Of a stretch of DNA of 64,000 nucleotides, positions 59,887-64,000 are shown piece after piece. Position 1 is the first letter of the stretch. Each line of letters begins with the position of its first letter. Position numbers and translations under genes: made by a program. Source of the stretch: a bacterium (lineage in GTDB: Bacteria; Patescibacteriota; Minisyncoccia; Minisyncoccales; UBA10102); the NCBI GenBank assembly GCA_030647485.1, contig JAUSJT010000001.1, positions 76,947 through 140,946 on the forward strand, in the 5' to 3' direction. The notes below the pieces were generated by a model that saw nothing but the letters and a program-made list of their open reading frames with translations, searched no databases and had not been told where the DNA came from.

Positions 59887-60798
59887 ATGTTTGGTCCTAC
59901 TCTAAACAGAATCTTACGGTCTGGATGGGAGAAATTCTCTAGAGATACGAGCTCGTCTTCTGCCGCTCTTTTGGTTATGGTTATCGTGCTTTCCATTGTC
60001 ACTTCTTTGTTCTTTCTGCAGGGTATTAGCTCTTTTCTTATTGAAAGTTTGCAGGAATCCGTTGACGTGAGCACGTTCTTAAAAGATTCTGCGCCGACCG
60101 AAGAGGTCACTGCGTTGCAGCAGTCCCTTTCTACTCTTCCCGAGGTGAAAGAAGTTATATATGTATCAAAAGAAGATGCCCTAGCGCAATTTATAGGGCG
60201 CCATGAAAAAGATCAGGTTATCTTGGATTCTTTAGACGCCATAGGCGCCAATCCTTTGTTAGCGTCGATAAGCATTAAGGCATGGGACCCTGCTTCCTTT
60301 GGAAAGATCGCAGAATTCTTGGAAACTACGCCACTAGCTTCTATCATCCAGAATGTAGATTTTCATGAACGGGCACCTGTCATTAATAGGCTTGCTGCAA
60401 TCGCTTCCGGAGTGCGTACTACAGCGTTGGCAGGCAGCATATTCGCGGGTCTCATCGCGGTATTGGTTGCGTTTAACACCATACGCTTAACCATTTACAG
60501 CTCTAAAGAAGAGATAGAGATTATGCGCCTAGTGGGGGCATCCAATATGTTCATACGCTCTCCGTTCTTGCTTCAGGGCATAATTGTGGGAGCGTTGGCA
60601 TCCTTGCTCACGTTTATTCTGTTGGTTCCGTTTACTCTATTCCTTAGTTCTAAGCTTGAAACATTCGTTCCTCAATTCAGTTTGTTTGAGTATTTCATGA
60701 ACAATTTCTTCATGATTTTGTTCTTGCAGCTGTTCGTGGGCATTGGCTTGGGAGTTCTCTCTAGCCTCATTGCTATACGAAGGTATCTGAAGGTCTAG
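59887..60798 (+). CDS. ftsX: Cell-division permease-like protein FtsX
   Basis: 303 aa. One TM helix, a periplasmic domain and three C-terminal TM helices with EIEIMRLVGAS. Confidence 0.88.
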   Translation: MFGPTLNRILRSGWEKFSRDTSSSSAALLVMVIVLSIVTSLFFLQGISSFLIESLQESVDVSTFLKDSAPTEEVTALQQSLSTLPEVKEVIYVSKEDALAQFIGRHEKDQVILDSLDAIGANPLLASISIKAWDPASFGKIAEFLETTPLASIIQNVDFHERAPVINRLAAIASGVRTTALAGSIFAGLIAVLVAFNTIRLTIYSSKEEIEIMRLVGASNMFIRSPFLLQGIIVGALASLLTFILLVPFTLFLSSKLETFVPQFSLFEYFMNNFFMILFLQLFVGIGLGVLSSLIAIRRYLKV

Positions 60799-60850
60799 AT
60801 TTCTCATTGAGTATTTGGTGTTTCGGATGTGCTAATGGTATAATGATACC

Positions 60851-61636
60851 ATGAGAAAAGTGTTCCAAGTGGGTCAGCTTGATCATGGCGACCCGCGGTA
60901 TGTCAAATGGAGAAAATCACTTGTGGGACGCGCTTCGGGTTGGAGTAAAGGCTATACAAAAGAAACACATGCAAGTGTTGCCAAGATTTCTTCTACTTTT
61001 AAGAAGAAAAAGATAGATAACTTCAAAAGGTGGAGGGCGGAGGCGCGTAGGCAGGGGTTAATCCCTAGTGGTTATCCAGGGTTTAAGCGCACGAAAGACC
61101 TTGCGTTTCTTATCGGTATGACGTTAGGAGATGGGAGTATTTATGTATACCCGCGCACAGAAGGCTTACGTATTACGCTTGGAACGGATAAGCCAAAGCT
61201 TTGGAGATACGTAGCGAACGTTGTCCGTAGGGTATTTCGGAAAAACCCTGCGGTGAGTAAAGTTAAGGGGAGCGAGTGCATGATTGTTACTCTTTATGAA
61301 AAAGAGATTAGTAGGAGGTTGGGTATTCCAAGTGGCAATAGGGGGAAAATGAAAATTGTATTGCCCCAATGGATTCTTGGGGGAAAATCGATGTTTGTTT
61401 CTTGTCTAAAAGGATTGTATGAAGCAGAGGGAGGTTTTCATATACACAAACCCACCTCTACATATAAGTTGATATTCTATAACAGAAATGATACTCTATT
61501 AAAGATTGTAGAGGATGGGGTGAGAGGATTAGGATTCCATCCCCATAGTAGTAAAGATAAAGTTCAAGTTTCAAGAAAAGATGAAGTGTATGGTTTGAAA
61601 GCATTACTTTCCTTTCGAGAGTATCCGGATATATAA
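60851..61636 (+). CDS. Free-standing double-motif LAGLIDADG homing-endonuclease-like protein
   Basis: Two LAGLIDADG motifs: LAFLIGMTLGDGSI and CLKGLYEAEGGF. Extended -10 TGGTATAAT (60836-60844) lies 6 nt before the ATG. Confidence 0.75.
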   Translation: MRKVFQVGQLDHGDPRYVKWRKSLVGRASGWSKGYTKETHASVAKISSTFKKKKIDNFKRWRAEARRQGLIPSGYPGFKRTKDLAFLIGMTLGDGSIYVYPRTEGLRITLGTDKPKLWRYVANVVRRVFRKNPAVSKVKGSECMIVTLYEKEISRRLGIPSGNRGKMKIVLPQWILGGKSMFVSCLKGLYEAEGGFHIHKPTSTYKLIFYNRNDTLLKIVEDGVRGLGFHPHSSKDKVQVSRKDEVYGLKALLSFREYPDI

Positions 61637-61638
61637 AT

Positions 61639-61710
61639 TGCGGGGTCGTCTAACGGTAGTGACGCCAGACTCTGAATCTGGTAATGAAGGTTCGATTCCT
61701 TCCCCCGCAG
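61639..61710 (+). tRNA. tRNA-Gln (anticodon CTG), no encoded CCA
   Basis: Acceptor TGCGGGG/CCCCGCA (U1-A72 as in bacterial tRNA-Gln). Anticodon arm CCAGA-CTCTGAA-TCTGG. T-arm GAAGG-TTCGATT-CCTTC. Starts 2 nt after the endonuclease stop. Confidence 0.9.
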
Positions 61711-61779
61711 CCGTCATATGCTAAGTCAAGTGACTGAGAGGCGTAAATTCTTTTATCGGAGAAAATCAGTTTCATTGCT

Positions 61780-62742
61780 ATGATTCTAACCTACCTTTTA
61801 CTTATTGTCGGTTTCGTAGCGCTCATTAAGGGTGCGGGCTTGCTGGTTGATGGCGCTTCTTCCCTTGCCAAACGCCTCGGAGTTTCCGCGCTTGTTATCG
61901 GGCTTACCATCGTTGCGTTCGGCACCTCAACCCCGGAATTGATCGTTAATATCTTTGCCAGCATTCAAGGAAATACTGACATTGCCATAGGCAACATCTT
62001 GGGAAGCAATATTTTCAACATTTTGTTTGTTTTAGGAATTTCTGCCGTGATCTATCCTTTGGCAGTCAAAAGAGGAACAGTTTGGAAAGAAATTCCCTTA
62101 GCTCTTTTAGCGGTGATCGTGCTCGCGCTCATGGCAAATGACGCCTTTATTGATAACGGCTCATTGTCAGCGCTCACTCGAATCGATGGCCTTATTTTAA
62201 TTTCTTTCTTCATTATTTTTCTTTACTACGTATTCGGCATCAGCAAAGTCGAATCTGCCGATACGGTTGAAACAACACCGCGCAAACACTCATTGTTGCG
62301 ATCGTATCTTATGATTGGCGGCGGTCTTGTGGGATTGATTATCGGCGGCAAGTGGGTTGTGGACGGCGCAACTGCTTTCGCAACCAGCTTAGGGATGAGC
62401 GAAGCATTAATTGGTTTGACTATTGTCGCTGTGGGCACTTCTCTCCCGGAACTCGCGACCTCGACAGTGGCTGCTTACAAAAAAGATGTTGATATTGCCG
62501 TGGGAAATATTGTTGGTTCAAATATTTTTAACATTTTCTGGATTTTAGGCTTGAGCGCTGTAATACGGCCATTGCCTTTTTCTCAAATCCTTATGAGCGA
62601 TGTGTTTATGACCGTTATTGCCACATTGCTTTTATTCGCAGCCCTGTTTATTGGAAAACGGCACATTCTTGAGCGGTGGCAAGGGATTTGCTTTATTGCG
62701 CTTTATGTCGGTTATGTTGTGTATTTGGTCATTCGCGGGTAG
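61780..62742 (+). CDS. Ca2+/Na+ antiporter (CaCA family, YrbG-like)
   Basis: Two alpha-repeats: GTSTPELIVNI...GNILGSNIFNIL and GTSLPELATS...GNIVGSNIFNIF. Confidence 0.88.
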   Translation: MILTYLLLIVGFVALIKGAGLLVDGASSLAKRLGVSALVIGLTIVAFGTSTPELIVNIFASIQGNTDIAIGNILGSNIFNILFVLGISAVIYPLAVKRGTVWKEIPLALLAVIVLALMANDAFIDNGSLSALTRIDGLILISFFIIFLYYVFGISKVESADTVETTPRKHSLLRSYLMIGGGLVGLIIGGKWVVDGATAFATSLGMSEALIGLTIVAVGTSLPELATSTVAAYKKDVDIAVGNIVGSNIFNIFWILGLSAVIRPLPFSQILMSDVFMTVIATLLLFAALFIGKRHILERWQGICFIALYVGYVVYLVIRG

Positions 62743-62749
62743 CGTCACC

Positions 62750-62839
62750 ATGTCTAACAAAGTCAAAAGAATCATCTTTATCATCATTGTCGTTTTGCTT
62801 CTCTTTGCTTTTGTTTTGCCTTTAGCGGTTGGTTATTAA
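62750..62839 (+). CDS. Possible 29-aa single-TM micro-protein
   Basis: MSNKVKRIIFIIIVVLLLFAFVLPLAVGY. ATG 62750 lies just after the antiporter stop. Weak support. Confidence 0.3.
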   Translation: MSNKVKRIIFIIIVVLLLFAFVLPLAVGY

Positions 62840-62843
62840 AAGT

Positions 62844-63248
62844 ATGAAAAGGAATATGTTCGAGCATCTCGTTGTTGAAGCAATGGCGGCCTTGCCTTTA
62901 CGAGTGCGAGAAGCGATGAGCAATGTGGCGATTGTGATTAAACAAGAACCGCGACGGAGAAAATCTCCGCCAAAGGCGGATCAGCCTCTGGCTGAAAAAA
63001 TCAAAAGACACGACGTATTATTGGGCCTTTATGAGGGCATTCCGTTAACGGGGCGAAATTCGGGATATTTTGGAGTGCTGCCAGATAAAATCACTATCTT
63101 TCAGCAACCGATAGAAGAATTAGCCGCTCGCGATGAAAAGAAGTTGAAAAAAATGATTTCTGAGGTAGTGTGGCACGAAATCGGCCATCACTTCGGTTTG
63201 AGCGACCCGGAGCTTGATGCTCTTGAGGAAAAGCACAATATTTGCTAG
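62844..63248 (+). CDS. Small zinc metallopeptidase-family protein (HExxH, COG3824-like)
   Basis: VVWHEIGHHFGLSD near the C-terminus and LLGLYEGIPL in the middle. The start is ambiguous among TTG 62829, ATG 62844 and ATG 62856. Confidence 0.7.
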   Translation: MKRNMFEHLVVEAMAALPLRVREAMSNVAIVIKQEPRRRKSPPKADQPLAEKIKRHDVLLGLYEGIPLTGRNSGYFGVLPDKITIFQQPIEELAARDEKKLKKMISEVVWHEIGHHFGLSDPELDALEEKHNIC

Positions 63249-63259
63249 AATTACCCAAC

Positions 63260-64000
63260 ATGATGCCTATTCCAAAGTATCTTACACGATTTTTCTTTAT
63301 TGGTCTTTTTGCCGCCTTTATTCTTCTTTCAAGCGTTGTTGCTTTTGTTACTGACTGGTGGTGGTTCTCCGAGGTTGGCTACACTCAAATATTTATTAAG
63401 TCTCTGATCGCTAAAATAGCGTTGTTTTTAACAGCGGGAATTTTTGCCGCTGTTTTTTTGCTCTTCAACTTCTCTTTAGCGATTCGCTCAACGATTCCCT
63501 GGATGGCAACCTTGCCGGCGGCGTTAGTCGGCCAGCCGTTGAATGTGAACAGCCGCGTGGTTAAGAAGTTGGCTGTTGTTCTTGGCTTGGTACTCGCGCT
63601 CTTTTTCGGACTTATAGCGACAGCCAACTGGCAAGAGGTACTGGAATTTATTTCCGGCACGGCTTTTGGCACAACAGACCCTGTCTTTGGCAAGGATATC
63701 GGCTTTTATCTGTTTTCTTTTCCTCTTTTTCAGATAGGATTAGGCCTAATAAAATCCCTTATCATTGTAGCGTTGATCGGTTGTGCGCTGATATATTTTT
63801 TGCGTGGCAACCTTCGTTTCCCAGGCCTGCGATCGCTTAACCAACTGCAGATAGAACGCTCAACGAGAATCCATCTTGGCATTTTGCTGGTTATTTTTTT
63901 GGCAACCATTGCCGCCGGAGTCTATCTTTCCCGTTTTACGCTGCTCACGAGCCAGAGCGGTTTAGTATTTGGCGCGACATACACAGACGCAACCGTGAGA
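63260..64000 (+). CDS. UPF0182-family polytopic membrane protein (3' end beyond window)
   Basis: Open frame from ATG 63260 to the window edge, so it is absent from the ORF track. FVTDWWWFSEVGYTQIF is the family's N-terminal signature, and there are several TM helices. Confidence 0.6.
   Translation, partial: MMPIPKYLTRFFFIGLFAAFILLSSVVAFVTDWWWFSEVGYTQIFIKSLIAKIALFLTAGIFAAVFLLFNFSLAIRSTIPWMATLPAALVGQPLNVNSRVVKKLAVVLGLVLALFFGLIATANWQEVLEFISGTAFGTTDPVFGKDIGFYLFSFPLFQIGLGLIKSLIIVALIGCALIYFLRGNLRFPGLRSLNQLQIERSTRIHLGILLVIFLATIAAGVYLSRFTLLTSQSGLVFGATYTDATVR

Noticed and set aside
63385-63693. 102-aa minus-strand ORF near the window end
   Set aside because: It overlaps the open + frame starting at 63260, which has the UPF0182-type TDWWWF...GY signature and multiple TM helices. 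That + frame is missing from the track only because it has no stop inside the window.
1-64000. Alternative genetic code (TGA as a sense codon) as in some CPR lineages
   Set aside because: Conserved genes (clpB, secD, lepA, murJ) end at TGA at the expected length. In addition, prfB (RF2, the TGA-decoding factor) is present with a TGA-based frameshift site.

Overview
This is a 64-kb chromosomal segment. Its gene content suggests a small-genome, Candidate-Phyla-Radiation/Patescibacteria-like bacterium, which is an inference. It uses the standard bacterial code, with TGA acting as a stop in conserved genes. I count about 60 protein genes, 3 tRNAs (Gly-CCC, Thr-CGT, Gln-CTG) and a type-A RNase P RNA. 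All genes are on the + strand except four protein genes and rnpB. Housekeeping blocks are nifS-like/htrA/clpB; murB-speH-secA-secDF; pgk, a DHH phosphoesterase and rnhA; rnpB; and murJ-lepA-ftsB-like-tRNAs-prfB(+1 frameshift)-ftsEX. These alternate with accessory DNA: five toxin-antitoxin loci (two decayed), a class-II Fic gene preceded by gene fragments, a GxxExxY gene and a free-standing LAGLIDADG endonuclease. There is also a ~25-kb envelope island (14.1-39.3 kb) with an ECF sigma/anti-sigma pair and five secreted proteins of up to 2859 aa. Four of those proteins share a coiled-coil plus two-Cys peptidoglycan-binding anchor module. The strongest sequence-level signals are: (i) 38-bp modules of four helically phased ATCNG pentamers (10-9-10 spacing) that bound the accessory cassettes and sit in the 5' regions of the two largest surface-protein genes; (ii) a 12-codon Lys-rich uORF followed by a four-segment, attenuator-like alternative hairpin system in front of speH; (iii) a duplicated promoter-operator with a perfect 14-bp palindrome bracketing a PaaX-like regulator; (iv) an orphan promoter-terminator unit (candidate sRNA) and a ~200-nt multi-hairpin region before murB; (v) a tightly coupled operon of a HARE-HTH/sigma-region-4 protein, a membrane protein and a VirD4/TraG-like ATPase; (vi) a recurring CCCCACACTCA...TGAGTAGTGGGG hairpin family, twice fused to a TTGACA promoter; (vii) consensus promoters placed for leaderless mRNAs. 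I saw no CRISPR array, transposase, integrase, reverse transcriptase or rRNA. All functional calls rest on motifs read by eye, since no database search was possible.
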